A stretch of 64,000 nucleotides of DNA from a virus: IMG/VR virus record IMGVR_UViG_3300037424_000553, positions 947 through 64,946 of that record; one strand, written 5' to 3'. Position numbers and translations under genes: made by a program. Shown in pieces: positions 47,194-58,491 of this stretch. The stretch's first letter is position 1, and each line of letters opens with the position of its first letter. The notes under the pieces were generated by a model. The model ran no database searches, was not told the DNA's origin, and saw nothing but the letters and a program-made list of their open reading frames with translations.

Positions 47194-47550
47194 TCATGGT
47201 TTCGCCCACCACGCTCGACCAGTGGCATCCACCCAGCCGAGGATTCGCCCGTGCGTCGTCTGCCAATGGCCGATCCACTGACGACCACGCTGGGCGACCT
47301 TGTACATATCTTCGACGCGAGCATGCTCGATGTACTTCACGAACGTGTTCGGCCCTGGCCCACCAAGTGATGCGAGCGCCCCACCTGGGATCTCCACGAG
47401 ACGCCTGGCAGCCTCGAGCCTGAGCACGCCTTCTTTGCTATGCAACAGCCATTGCCCGAGCGTGCCATACCAGCTCGAGAGGCGTGTCAGGAACGGGATG
47501 CTCACCACGCTCCCACTCAGCATCCTCAGCAGATCGCGTCGCGGTATCAT
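47194..47550 (-). CDS. hypothetical protein
   Basis: RRDLLRML N-terminus; start uncertain. Confidence 0.45.
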   Translation of the reverse strand: MIPRRDLLRMLSGSVVSIPFLTRLSSWYGTLGQWLLHSKEGVLRLEAARRLVEIPGGALASLGGPGPNTFVKYIEHARVEDMYKVAQRGRQWIGHWQTTHGRILGWVDATGRAWWAKP

Positions 47551-47730
47551 CACCACCGCCCGAGCAACTTCATGATGCATGGCACTACGACCACCATGAC
47601 AATGATGAGTACGATCGGAATGATGATTGATGACGCTTTCATGCCTTCATCATCTCACGCTCATACGCCGGACGATCCCACGTAAACAGGTAGCAGAGGT
47701 ACATCGCCCGCATCACGCTGTACTCCGCCA

Positions 47731-49185
47731 TCAGAACGTCAGCACCGGGTTCGGGTTGTTCCATGCCTTCTTGATGAGGATGAACCGGATGAACTCTTCG
47801 GTATGACTCTGATCCCCGTACACCTGGACGCCCTTCTCGACATCCGGGTGTGGCAGCAGATTGGCCGTGATCCCGACGAAGCGACCACCGCGGGCGCTCA
47901 TCTCCTGATTCCAGTACAGCACGCTGCGTGGGACGAAGTAGGACTTGTGCGTCGGGTCCTGATAGGCACCCTGGCCAACCAGGCTGTGCGGCACGATGAT
48001 CTCCGCCGTGCCACCAACCTTGAGCACCCGGTCGATCTCGTTGATGATGAAGATCACATCCTCGCTATTGAAATGTTCGAGGACGTTGTCGCAGAGGACG
48101 TGATCGAAGCACTCATCAGGCACTGGAATCCCTCGCCGGAGATCCCGAACGATCTGGACGCCCTGGAACGCCTGGATGTCCATGTTCAACCAGCGATCGA
48201 GCTGCTCATCCGCCTTGGGTGTGTCCCCACAGCCGATGTTGAGGCAGAGCCGGTTCTTCACGCTCTCCAGTCCGTACTTGTGCTTGAGCAACCTGCCGTT
48301 CATCTCGTACATCCGATTCCACTGCGCCTGATCGTTGACCCGGGCGTAGGTGGAAGAGTGGGGATAGCCAGCCATGCCGTGCTTCACCTTCGCCGCGCCC
48401 ATCACCCCACACTTCCAGCCCTTCGCCTTTACCCGGATGTTGTAGTCGTTGTCGTCGAACCCGTAGCCGACGAACTGCTCATCGAGTGGGCCGACCTCCT
48501 GCCAGCACTCGTTGCGGATCACTACCGCCACGAACATCAGCGGCTTTTGGACCTCGGTCAGATCATCCGGACCTTTGTGGGTGATCTTCTGCTCGTCGTT
48601 GCCCACACCCCCGTTGATCTCCAGGCTCAGCATCCCGTACTGTTGATGCGTGGGCAGCATCAACGCCTGCTGCACCCAGTGATGCCAGTGGATACTCTCC
48701 ACCTCACAGTCATCGTTGAGCACGAGCAGATCCGGCCCGATGTACTCCATGACCTGATCTTCGCGGAGCTGCTTGTGGAACTGTCCAGCCGCTTGCGCCA
48801 TGAGATTGATCGCGCGGGCAAAGACGAACGGCTTGGGGATCGTGATGAACGTGACCTGCGGGTATTTCTGCTTCAGGGCTTCGGAGATCCCGTTGTCGCC
48901 GACCACCACGTGGACAGTGGAGCCAGGCTGACTCCGCTCCATCGAGGCGAGACAGACATTCAGGAACTGATCAGTGCAGGATGGCACCAGCACCTTGAGC
49001 GCCCGGCCTGGGGTCCGCTGCCCGAAGGCAGCCTTAGAATCCCCTGCCAAGGCTTCATCTTGCCCCTGGGTTGAAACTTTGGCCCCAGACTGGGGTTCTC
49101 TAGGCGCCTCCTGCTCGGACTGCCCCTGGAGGACCGTCTGCCCTTCCCTGAGGTTCAACAGGACTGCTGGTGTCTCGTTGGCCAT
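47731..49185 (-). CDS. GT2 glycosyltransferase fused to class I SAM methyltransferase
   Basis: VVVGDNG, VLNDD, GYGFDDND; LNIGCG...FDHVLCDNVLEH, YQDPTH. Confidence 0.88.
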   Translation of the reverse strand: MANETPAVLLNLREGQTVLQGQSEQEAPREPQSGAKVSTQGQDEALAGDSKAAFGQRTPGRALKVLVPSCTDQFLNVCLASMERSQPGSTVHVVVGDNGISEALKQKYPQVTFITIPKPFVFARAINLMAQAAGQFHKQLREDQVMEYIGPDLLVLNDDCEVESIHWHHWVQQALMLPTHQQYGMLSLEINGGVGNDEQKITHKGPDDLTEVQKPLMFVAVVIRNECWQEVGPLDEQFVGYGFDDNDYNIRVKAKGWKCGVMGAAKVKHGMAGYPHSSTYARVNDQAQWNRMYEMNGRLLKHKYGLESVKNRLCLNIGCGDTPKADEQLDRWLNMDIQAFQGVQIVRDLRRGIPVPDECFDHVLCDNVLEHFNSEDVIFIINEIDRVLKVGGTAEIIVPHSLVGQGAYQDPTHKSYFVPRSVLYWNQEMSARGGRFVGITANLLPHPDVEKGVQVYGDQSHTEEFIRFILIKKAWNNPNPVLTF

Positions 49186-49732
49186 GTCCGCTCTCCCTGT
49201 GTCGTTGGTCAGACTGGGTGGAGCGCCGCCCGGCACGACGCGGTTTCATTTTCTCGTCATCAGCGTTGAACGCATCGAACAAATCAAAGTGTTGATAGCC
49301 TCGAGTCCAGTTGAACTTGCTCATATCCCGAGCACCTCATCCAGGATCTCGTAGCGATCAAACACTTTCTTCAGCGCGTGTCTGAGTGTCCGTCGACACC
49401 AGTCAACACGCTGTGCGAGTCTGCTATCATGCTCGCTCGCCACCACCATCGCCTCGCAGAGGTGGGGCGTGGTCATGTACATCAGGCCTGTCCGGCAGAA
49501 CCGGCAGGCGTATGGCCGTTGCGTCGACACGCGCTCGCTGGGCCGCAGCCATGGGGGCACGATGATGTAATGACTTGCCCCGCCAACTTCCCAGCCCGCT
49601 TCAGCCGCTTGATGCAATCGAGACAGGTGATGAGGTTGGTGTGTGGACTGAGCTTCGCGGGATCGACGTTGGTTGGACATAGGCTCCTGAGATTCCCATG
49701 GAGCATGATCCGCTGATAATGAATGCGCGCCA

Positions 49733-49921
49733 TCAGCGGATGTAGAGGTAGGCCAACGTTGAAAAGACGCCGATCATGAGCAAGCACAGCCAGAGAATCC
49801 GCCGAGCCACTGCCCACCGCTCACGACGTATGCGATAGGCTGGACGAGTTTCTCGCGCCAAGCGTTTCGCTCGACGGTTCAGCTCTTCGAGTGTTGCACG
49901 CTGTTCCCGTGAGAGCGTCAT
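49733..49921 (-). CDS. small membrane protein
   Basis: C-terminal TM helix; SD AGGAG. Confidence 0.55.
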   Translation of the reverse strand: MTLSREQRATLEELNRRAKRLARETRPAYRIRRERWAVARRILWLCLLMIGVFSTLAYLYIR

Positions 49922-50157
49922 TGACGGTGACTCCTCTTGCTCAGGCAGGATAGCAGAGTGAGGCTGACGCTGTCCACACATGACTGATGAGGTGACCATC
50001 ACCAGCCTGTTCATTCTCTGGAGCGATCACCATGGCATGCATAAGCATTCATTCACTCACGAACGCTGTCTCAAGTATCTCAGGCACCGCCTGATGAGCC
50101 GTGGCCAGAGGAGTATCCCATCAATCACCGCTGTCCTGAATGCACGCCAGAACATCA

Positions 50158-52526
50158 TCATCGCGGGCAGGTGATGTAGTGGTGAATCCCGAGCAGTGGG
50201 ACTCTCAGCAGCAGCCTGCACAAGCCTGGCACCCCATACCCACGCTCCATGTCGATCCATGGCCAGGTCTTCCCACACTGCCTGCAGCGATGCGCTTGCC
50301 GTCGTGTCCCATCCGCGTTGAGGTGCCGCATCAGCGTCCCCGCTCGATACACCAAACGCAGATTCCACCCAGCAGTCTCAGACGCTGACACCCCTCGCAC
50401 TTCACCTTTCGTTTCTTCATCATGTCCTCACCCTGCAGATGCACTCACCACGGAAGGGCGTGCGACTCCGTGGACAGTCCAGGTAGTGTCCCATCCGCGT
50501 CTGTTGCTTCAGCCGCCCTGTCGGACTATTCCTCCCCACGTACGCATCCACATCGTTGGCTAAGATCCTGGCCAACTCGCTCACCATCTCTTCCCGTGGG
50601 CGCTTGTTCAGGATCACACTGTTGTTGTCGATGAAATACTCCGCACAGGCCATGATCCGGGCATCGATCGCCACGACCATCTCAGGCCGGAGTTGGTTCA
50701 ACACCCGCTGCCGTTCGGCCTCATCCATGGGCAGCGCATACAGGCGATCATACACACGCTGCCGCTCCACTCTGAGGGTGTCTTGCACGAGCGCATCCTT
50801 CTCATTCATCATGCTTTGGGCTCCTTGGTACAGGCACCGATCACCCCATCCCGCACACGGTAGAAATCGAGCGCAAAGAGACAGGCCTGCTCTGTCGCGA
50901 ACTCCTGCTCGATCCGCTCAGGCACAGCAGTGCCCACCCGCGCAGGTGAGCCAGACCATAAACCAGATTTCAATCATAGCACTCTCCCGTCCTTGTCAAG
51001 ACAGCGTCCACCCTGACCGGGCTCATGCGCAAGCACGCATTCAGGACTGTGGACTTGTGCTCTTACCGTCGCAATGATGCGCTGGAGATAATGCTGGCAG
51101 GTATTACATGGACAGTATCGCGCCCCTGGATCCGCACACTCAACATGCTTGCCACTAATCTCGCAGATATCATCCTTCGTGACACTCTTCACCGCTGTCT
51201 GAATCGCCTGCTCGATGATGAGCCTCGCATACTGCTCGATCCCTCGTACAGCATCGAGCACTTCCCGTTTCCCAGATGCCCATGGAATATGATCGTTGGC
51301 ATAGCGATGCAAGGCTCCGGCGATCTCCCTGGCCACGCTCGTCGCATTCATGGTGTACATTCCTCGCGGCAGTCAGCACAGAGTCGCATGCTCACGGCGG
51401 ATTCTGGATCGCCATACGAGCCATCCTCACGCTCGAACACAACTGGGACCACCTGTACATCAGTCCCGCTATCACATAACTCGCAGACAAGCGTCCTGCT
51501 GACACGTATCGCATTCATCGCTTCATCCACCTCGTACAATCTGGATTCTCCTCAAGCACATCAACAAGCCCATACCACCACTGATCAGGTGCCTGCCCAT
51601 GCACATCACAGCGAATCTCCATGTGCCACCGCGTGTTGTACAGCGTAACAATCGGCTCATACTCTGTCGCGCCACACCGCTTGAGATACGGGGCAAAGCT
51701 ATTGAGCGATCGCCCTTGGAAAATCACCGACGCCTGACGATCTCCCGGACCTCGCGGATGTCCGGCACAGATGGAAAAGACGCCGAGCCCAGGCAGGGCA
51801 TTCAGGCGATCAAGTACGACGTGAACCAACGCCCGATCCACCATCTGATTCCGATACAGGACATCGCAGAGTCCACGCCGCGAGGGTGTCGGGGCGAGGC
51901 TACCGCTACTCATGGCCAAGTTCCTGTGCACGATGAACATCCGTGATCGTCACCCCACCAGGCAGTTGAATCGTCGTCTTGATGATCAGGGCTCGTCGCG
52001 GCATCCGCTTGCTCCATTCCGGTGGATGCATCGATGGATCGCGCCACCGAACATCAGCCCATGCGCCATCCTTGGCGATCCGAATCACACTTCCGAGCCC
52101 ACCATCTCTGGTCGTCACCCAGTCGCTCCGCATCAACGGCGGGTAGCGCTCAGTGACCTTGACACGGCCCATGACAGACCTCGCAGTCGACCGCAAGCGG
52201 CTTCCCGCAATACGGGCAGTAGCGAAGATTCACCACCAGGATCTCACCAGTAATCGGATCCACCATAGTCCAGACACTGCCGTTGTACAACACTTGCAGA
52301 TCACGGCGTCCGCTTGCTTGACATGGATGTATCTGACTCGCCATCAGCGCACCCAGCCGTGAAGTTTGAGTGTGTATTCGATTTCCTTAAGCACCTTGGC
52401 GATCGCTTCGAGCGCCATCGCCAGGAACAGAAATGCCAAGCATGTCCAAAATCCTGTCTCGGAATAGATCCCAACCATGAGGCACGCTGTCACCAAGAGT
52501 CGCACCCAAATCACTGATCGCTCCAT
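50158..52526 (-). other. run of small packed hypothetical genes (incl. 50158-50400, 50420-50812, 50974-51360, 51348-51539, 52344-52526)
   Basis: Coupled minus-strand ORFs without recognisable motifs; several Cys-rich. Confidence 0.5.
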
Positions 52527-53389
52527 GGGATGAGTGCAACCTGCCCCGGTGCATGCACGTTCGGCTCACCGATGATGTGCTTGTACTCCCCCTCGAACTT
52601 GTTGCCCGGATCGATCTGGTTGTAGAAGGCATACTTCCGACGCCGATCCGAATCATCACGGTAGCCATAGTGAATCAGTGGACGAGCGAATACCGCGCTC
52701 GTAGGCTCCACACCGTTCGGCCTGAAGTTCTCCCGCGGAATGGAACCACAGTGAAATCCGCCCTTGCTCCCCTCCCAGGAGAATCGCATGATGTGAAGCT
52801 GATCCGCCGTGATGCGATCGATGGTGAACAGTCGTGGAAATCTGAGGCGCGGATACCCATCAGCGAGGTTCCCGTAGATCCCATCCACCCGCCGCTGCGC
52901 GTTGGAGTCCCAGAGGTAGATGAACGGAATGCTCACCACATCCACCTGCTTCTCCAGCCAGCCAATGATCTGAGAAAAATCCCTGATGAACGCCTGACTC
53001 GGCACCTCATCACCATCCAGGCAGAGCATGTGCCTGAACAGCACCTTGCTCTTGCAGTATTCCCAGAGGAAGTTCTTGTCCCTGATCTCGCTCACCGCCT
53101 GTGATTCACGCGCTGCCGGCCTGAATGGACTCTTGATGAAATGGAGGATATTGCGATCTCCGGCGGGAGTCTCCTTGCCCTGATACACCTGAATCGCTCC
53201 ATCCTCATGCATGTCGATGAGTCCACCGCACGCTGCAATACACTCATCCTTGGTGTGATCATCGCTTCCATCATCGAGCACGACGATGGTCTGTACGGCT
53301 CCAAACGTCTTACTCAACACTTCTTGAATCCACCGCTCTTCGTTCCTGATCCGCATCATGCATGCTACATCACTGCGATTTGTCGCCAT
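52511..53389 (-). CDS. glycosyltransferase, GT2
   Basis: MMRIRNEE, VVLDDGSDD, EIRDKN, LCLDGDE, HYGY. Confidence 0.88.
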   Translation of the reverse strand: MATNRSDVACMMRIRNEERWIQEVLSKTFGAVQTIVVLDDGSDDHTKDECIAACGGLIDMHEDGAIQVYQGKETPAGDRNILHFIKSPFRPAARESQAVSEIRDKNFLWEYCKSKVLFRHMLCLDGDEVPSQAFIRDFSQIIGWLEKQVDVVSIPFIYLWDSNAQRRVDGIYGNLADGYPRLRFPRLFTIDRITADQLHIMRFSWEGSKGGFHCGSIPRENFRPNGVEPTSAVFARPLIHYGYRDDSDRRRKYAFYNQIDPGNKFEGEYKHIIGEPNVHAPGQVALIPWSDQ

Positions 53390-53633
53390 CACCTTTTCCT
53401 TTCGCCACTTCCCGTAGTTTGCGCATCGTAATACCTTCGCGCTGACTCTCCATCGGGACATCGATCTCAACAATTTCACCGATCACCCAGTTCGGCTTAT
53501 TCGAGATATGCATCATCACACCAAGCTTGAGATGATACAGCTCATCAATCGACCGAAGCCGATACTGCACGCTATCAACAACCGAAACATCGATGAACTC
53601 CACCCGCATCGGGATTTTCCGTAACTCGCCCAT
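53370..53633 (-). CDS. hypothetical protein
   Basis: Packed ORF. Confidence 0.55.
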   Translation of the reverse strand: MGELRKIPMRVEFIDVSVVDSVQYRLRSIDELYHLKLGVMMHISNKPNWVIGEIVEIDVPMESQREGITMRKLREVAKGKGDGDKSQ

Positions 53634-53652
53634 ACCTAGACTCTCTCCCCAC

Positions 53653-54528
53653 CTAGATGATGCGATTCCGGTAGAAGCCTTTGAGCCGCGGGACACGAAT
53701 CAGATCAAACTCTTGTCCGTTGACTACCACTACTTCCGGATTCAGGTTCAGATCCGGGAGTGCTTGCTTGAAGTACTCCTCGAGGTAGAGTGCACTGGTA
53801 GGCCAGTCCTCATGCCGCAGGACGTTGCTCGCAAAGTAAGACATATTCTGCCCACCGAAGTAGCGCACCCACTTGTTCACCCACTTGATCACGCCCTTGC
53901 TGATTCGATCCTGTGACGCCGGATCGTTGGACGCTACAGCCATGTGCTGTACCGCGATCTGATGCAGGGCGGCGATCTTGTAGCCAGCCAGACGAAGCCT
54001 GGTCTGATAGTCGACTTCTTCATGATGCCCGATCTCTGCATCGAAGCCACCAACCTCACTGGCCACACGCCTAGGCATCATCCAGTTGCATCCGACGCCC
54101 CACAGGATCTCGGTGTACACCGCCCGAGGAATCGGATATGCCCCACCGTTGGGGAAGATGATGCCGAGCTCATGGTAGCGATCCAGCGTTGCCGCCATCA
54201 TCTCGTCCCAGCCCTGCGTGTGATGAATGACGTCATGATCGCAGTACGCGATGTACTCGGTCTCACATTCATTGAGAATCCGATTCACCGCCCCAACGTA
54301 CCCGATGTTGTCCTTCGGATGAATTAGCTTCACCTTCGCCCCCAGCTGCCGCTCGATGCTCTGGTAGAGAATCCCGACCTGCCGAGCCTGCTCCACATCA
54401 GGGTGCGGATTGCAGATGATGAATGCTCGCCAGTCTGTGGTACATGTCTTTATCAGCGATTCGATCAACCGCTGCAACCCAATGGGGTTGCCGTAGCTGG
54501 CGATACCGATGTCAAGACGTCTGCTCAT
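53653..54528 (-). CDS. glycosyltransferase, GT2
   Basis: NIGYVGAVN, YCDHD, GGFDAEIGHHEEVDYQTRL. Confidence 0.88.
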   Translation of the reverse strand: MSRRLDIGIASYGNPIGLQRLIESLIKTCTTDWRAFIICNPHPDVEQARQVGILYQSIERQLGAKVKLIHPKDNIGYVGAVNRILNECETEYIAYCDHDVIHHTQGWDEMMAATLDRYHELGIIFPNGGAYPIPRAVYTEILWGVGCNWMMPRRVASEVGGFDAEIGHHEEVDYQTRLRLAGYKIAALHQIAVQHMAVASNDPASQDRISKGVIKWVNKWVRYFGGQNMSYFASNVLRHEDWPTSALYLEEYFKQALPDLNLNPEVVVVNGQEFDLIRVPRLKGFYRNRII

Positions 54529-54878
54529 GGATTCTCCTTCACATGTGAGACCAACCACCGAATGACCCAGACGTTGTGGAGCACGCACTGCTTGAGAAAG
54601 TCGAGATCCCGCTCGTTCAGATACGGGCCCAGCTCCACATCACGCTGCTTGTGCTCGCGCGCGATGGCGAGCTCATCGCCCCCGTGCTGCATGATCTTCA
54701 ATGTACTCTGCCAGAGCAGATTCGCACAGAACTCCGCCTTGTCCATCGGAATGACGAGCACATCAGATACAGGTGGATACAACAACTCCAGCAGTGCATC
54801 AACCGTATGAAATCCATCGCCGTCATGACTCAGAAAATCGAGGATGAGCTTCTTGGCTTCCGGCTTCGGAACGATCAC
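54525..54878 (-). CDS. hypothetical protein
   Basis: GTGA overlap start. Confidence 0.6.
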   Translation of the reverse strand: MIVPKPEAKKLILDFLSHDGDGFHTVDALLELLYPPVSDVLVIPMDKAEFCANLLWQSTLKIMQHGGDELAIAREHKQRDVELGPYLNERDLDFLKQCVLHNVWVIRWLVSHVKENP

Positions 54879-56611
54879 GGCTTGGCCCACCAGCCACTCG
54901 GCAGCTTGGTGAATCCGATCCGAGTGAGGAGTGGCTCCCACTCGGTGACGTACTTGTTGTTCCGCGTAAGGTGCATCGGAATGCTCCCCTCGTGCTCGTC
55001 ATCACCGATGCCAAAGGCGTTCTGCGCGAGAAACTGCCCACCAGTATCCAGCAGCTCGAAGACGCTCTCAGCCCAATCCTCGACGTTGATAAGATGCTCG
55101 AAGAAATCGAGGGCCACCACCGCCTTGATCTTCCCGGACACTGTCTCGTCCGGCTTTTTCGGTGGTGCCCAGTCATCAGTGAGCATCAGCAGCGGAGTCA
55201 GCCCACGCCTGTTGAACCTGAAGACTGCAAACCGGGCTGTCTGGCTCCCCAGCAAGTCGTGGTAAATCGGGCTGAGCCCATGCTCTGCCAGGCTGATGGA
55301 GAGATCCCCGATGCCATCGCCAAGGGCCACCACGCCTGCCCCAGGGCCGTATTCGGTCAGCAGATGCTGTGAGATCCCTGTGCACATCCCGGTGTAGTTG
55401 AACCCGGTATCGAGGTGATACGCGCTCAACTCCCAGAGATAGGCGTTCGTCTGCTTGTACCACATCAGCAGATCGAAGTCTGTCCACTGCTGCTTACGGA
55501 CACGCGCTGCACGGAAGTCATTGGCGACTTCACCGTGCAAGGCACCGAATCCGCGCATCAGCTGGACTCGCGCCTCACCTTCGCGAATGCCCAAGAACAG
55601 TGACAACTCTAGTGCCCGATCATGCTCACTCTGTCGATCCATCCGTGTCCTCCACTCCGCTGTACAGACGTTGAGTGCTTCATCCCATGTTTCATCGTGC
55701 ACGGCATCGCTGTTGAATGTCGTGTCGATCGGGCGCTGGGCAAGATCCGGGAACGCCTTGTCATGCTGCACGGCAAGCAGAACATCCTGATGCGCGAGGA
55801 GATCTGGCAGCCTCCCTTCATGATGCAACAGATTGGCAACAACGGTAAATGCAACATCAGCACGACTGACTTTCATCGGGAGCCCAACATTGAATACGCG
55901 CTTGCGAGTCAGAAATCGATCAAGCAGTGGATCCAATGGTTTGAATGTCCCAACTAGCTGCCAAATGAACGACGCCGCATCGTTGGCGAAGCAAGGCGAG
56001 AACCACCGATCAGCAACCTGCTTTGGCCTGAGCGAGCGATTCGTTGGTAGCTTGCTCCTGTACATCTGCTCCAGTGGATTCGCTCGTCCAAGATTTGGCC
56101 AGGGTCTGACACCGAGAATGAACGTAAGTCTGACGATATAGATCATCGTCTCGTGCTCACGCATCATCATCAGTTTCTCAGTCGCGAGCTTCTGTTTCCC
56201 GTAGTGATTCACCGGTGGATCGATGTCGCCATTCGGAATCGCAGTGCCATACGGAGCGTGCTCACCACCAAACACCGCCTGTGAACTTACATGAACAATC
56301 CACCGTTTCCGCTTGTCTGACCACCGCTTGAGTGCGAGCGGAATCTCGACGTTTTGGAACCAGTACTGATCAGGTGCTTTTTCAACCGCATCAGGACTAT
56401 TCTCCCCAATGAGATTGATGATGACGTCTGGATCCCAGAGATCACAGAACCGCTCGACATCCATGTGTGTCGTGAAGTTGACCTGTACACTCGTCTGCCA
56501 TGGCAACTCCTGACGACTCGAGTACGTGATCTGAAGATTCCCAGGCTCCCATCGACGGAGATGCTGCCCGATGATCCCACTCGCACCAAGCACTAACACT
56601 TTCGTATTCAT
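54875..56611 (-). CDS. RmlD-like NAD(P)-dependent sugar reductase/epimerase fused to SAM methyltransferase
   Basis: VLVLGASGIIG, HVSSQAVF, YGKQK; VVALGDGIG, ALDFFEHL. Confidence 0.85.
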   Translation of the reverse strand: MNTKVLVLGASGIIGQHLRRWEPGNLQITYSSRQELPWQTSVQVNFTTHMDVERFCDLWDPDVIINLIGENSPDAVEKAPDQYWFQNVEIPLALKRWSDKRKRWIVHVSSQAVFGGEHAPYGTAIPNGDIDPPVNHYGKQKLATEKLMMMREHETMIYIVRLTFILGVRPWPNLGRANPLEQMYRSKLPTNRSLRPKQVADRWFSPCFANDAASFIWQLVGTFKPLDPLLDRFLTRKRVFNVGLPMKVSRADVAFTVVANLLHHEGRLPDLLAHQDVLLAVQHDKAFPDLAQRPIDTTFNSDAVHDETWDEALNVCTAEWRTRMDRQSEHDRALELSLFLGIREGEARVQLMRGFGALHGEVANDFRAARVRKQQWTDFDLLMWYKQTNAYLWELSAYHLDTGFNYTGMCTGISQHLLTEYGPGAGVVALGDGIGDLSISLAEHGLSPIYHDLLGSQTARFAVFRFNRRGLTPLLMLTDDWAPPKKPDETVSGKIKAVVALDFFEHLINVEDWAESVFELLDTGGQFLAQNAFGIGDDEHEGSIPMHLTRNNKYVTEWEPLLTRIGFTKLPSGWWAKP

Positions 56612-56955
56612 CAGAGATATTGACCACTCGCATGCACCGTGGTCGTCAGCGTGACCTCAACGTAGCGCACACGGTGTGTCGACATCCCCTTGTCACGCGC
56701 TGTGAACCAACCCGTTGACCCGTCACCCTCGAGCTCGAGCACCACCAACTCTTGATCAGTCAGAATGTGCTTGACCTTGGTCCCCGGTGGAAATTGCTTG
56801 GCCATCTCTGCTATTTCGATCGTGACACCAAGGTGCGTCAATGGAACACCTTCACGATCCAGCATCCCACACCAAATGCATCCAGGAACTCCAGGAGGCA
56901 ATGGCTCACTGGTTGCCATCGAACGCCGACAGCGTGGGCACTGGTAATGGTCCAT
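56611..56955 (-). CDS. hypothetical protein with Zn ribbon
   Basis: CPRC...CIWC. Confidence 0.6.
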   Translation of the reverse strand: MDHYQCPRCRRSMATSEPLPPGVPGCIWCGMLDREGVPLTHLGVTIEIAEMAKQFPPGTKVKHILTDQELVVLELEGDGSTGWFTARDKGMSTHRVRYVEVTLTTTVHASGQYL

Positions 56956-57365
56956 CAGGATTGCACTGCATGCGAGAATCGACGCCGCGCTTCTGTGCGA
57001 GCTGAGAGTTGACGAAGGTATTCAGCGTGCATGAGCAACACCTGATTCTCCTTGCTCCCCGCCGGATACCCACTCGCTTCCTGCTCGAAGCTCTTCGCCT
57101 CATCCTCGATGATCGCCTTGCATGGACACACTGACAACGGCATCTTCATCTGAATCGGATCGTTGACCATCGCCTGCTGCCCAGGCCAGCGTTTGACATT
57201 CTCATTGATCGCAATCTGCTGCTCAAGCCACTGTCCACGTGGGCAGACTGCGCGATGAACCTGTGGATCGTCGAACAACTCTGCCGAGATCTCTCCTGGG
57301 CAATTGCACCCAGGACCCTCAGCCCCGAGCCCAGCCATATGTGGCATCTCAGGCACACTAGACAT
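56955..57365 (-). CDS. hypothetical protein
   Basis: Packed ORF. Confidence 0.55.
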   Translation of the reverse strand: MSSVPEMPHMAGLGAEGPGCNCPGEISAELFDDPQVHRAVCPRGQWLEQQIAINENVKRWPGQQAMVNDPIQMKMPLSVCPCKAIIEDEAKSFEQEASGYPAGSKENQVLLMHAEYLRQLSARTEARRRFSHAVQS

Positions 57366-57609
57366 CGATCACCTCTCTGATCTTCTTCTCGAGATCCATG
57401 CGATCCTCACGATGTGTCGCCCGCAAGAGTACCGGCTCGATCACTTGCAAGAACGTAACCACTCGCCGCCAGAGCAATGTCTGCGGACTCCCTTCAAGCT
57501 GCTGAATCCGCGCACGCTGCGCATGAACAATCCTGTTCAACCGTGTCGCCTCATCCTGCCAGTGGAGGCGCTCATGCGTCAAGCGGGCGATTTCAGCCTG
57601 CTGATCCAC
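57358..57609 (-). CDS. hypothetical coiled-coil protein
   Basis: Coupled. Confidence 0.6.
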   Translation of the reverse strand: MDQQAEIARLTHERLHWQDEATRLNRIVHAQRARIQQLEGSPQTLLWRRVVTFLQVIEPVLLRATHREDRMDLEKKIREVIDV

Positions 57610-57816
57610 TACGTCAGATTCGCTTTCTGTTTCTCGGCCGCCCAGGTTGTCTGCTTACAGACGCAGAGTGTTCCCGGTGGCGGCTCCTTCGGCTGTGGCC
57701 CGTTTGTCGCAGGCCGCCCTGAGTTGTCATTCCCCCACACAAAGAGATGAATGGATCCGCACTGTGGATTATTCGGATTCACGGGCATTGTCGTTATCCT
57801 CCATTCTGAGTTGACT

Positions 57817-58491
57817 TCATCGTGGCGGTCGCGGATCGTGCGGCCTGCCATTCTTACCAACCGGGAGCACTGGCACAGTTGACGAGGCTCCGATGCTTTT
57901 CGCTGAGGATCCACGGAGCAGAGCCACCCGCTCGACCACCCGCTCCATGATTCCACCGATGTTATGCGTATGCGTATGCTGGACAGATCCCTCTTGCTTG
58001 ACCACTACCACATCTGCGTACGTCTCAGGTTCCAACCGCTTGAGCATCTTCAGAGCGATCTCTGGATCATGATAGGCATGGACGACCACCGCATCGAGGA
58101 AGAAGAATTTCGGATAGACACGAGCCTTCTCGTACTCCCGACGGAAGGTGATCCATGGCTCACCATGCAGATTCTTCTTCCAGTCAATCATGCTCTCAGC
58201 CGAGATCCCAGCCATCGCCGCGGCCATACCATCGCTGGCCCCCATGCGCACCCCAGCCAAGACTTTATTCGCGACCTCATCGTTGAAATCGGTGTGCTTG
58301 GCCTTCTTGTTCATCGCCGGGAACTTGATGTATGGCGGGATCTCGAACGTGATGCGCGGACGTTGTACACGCGTCGCCGCAAAGAGATCAGCCTGCCGTT
58401 GCTTCTCGAGCATGATCTCCATGTTCTTGGGCGTCCGCGGTGTCCCGCGTTTGCGTAGCATGTCAATCGCACTCTTCTTTTTCTTGGGCAT
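57817..58491 (-). CDS. terminase small subunit-like HTH protein
   Basis: VLAGVRMGAS..MAAAMAGIS.ES..DWKK; ALKMLKRLEPETY. Confidence 0.7.
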   Translation of the reverse strand: MPKKKKSAIDMLRKRGTPRTPKNMEIMLEKQRQADLFAATRVQRPRITFEIPPYIKFPAMNKKAKHTDFNDEVANKVLAGVRMGASDGMAAAMAGISAESMIDWKKNLHGEPWITFRREYEKARVYPKFFFLDAVVVHAYHDPEIALKMLKRLEPETYADVVVVKQEGSVQHTHTHNIGGIMERVVERVALLRGSSAKSIGASSTVPVLPVGKNGRPHDPRPPR

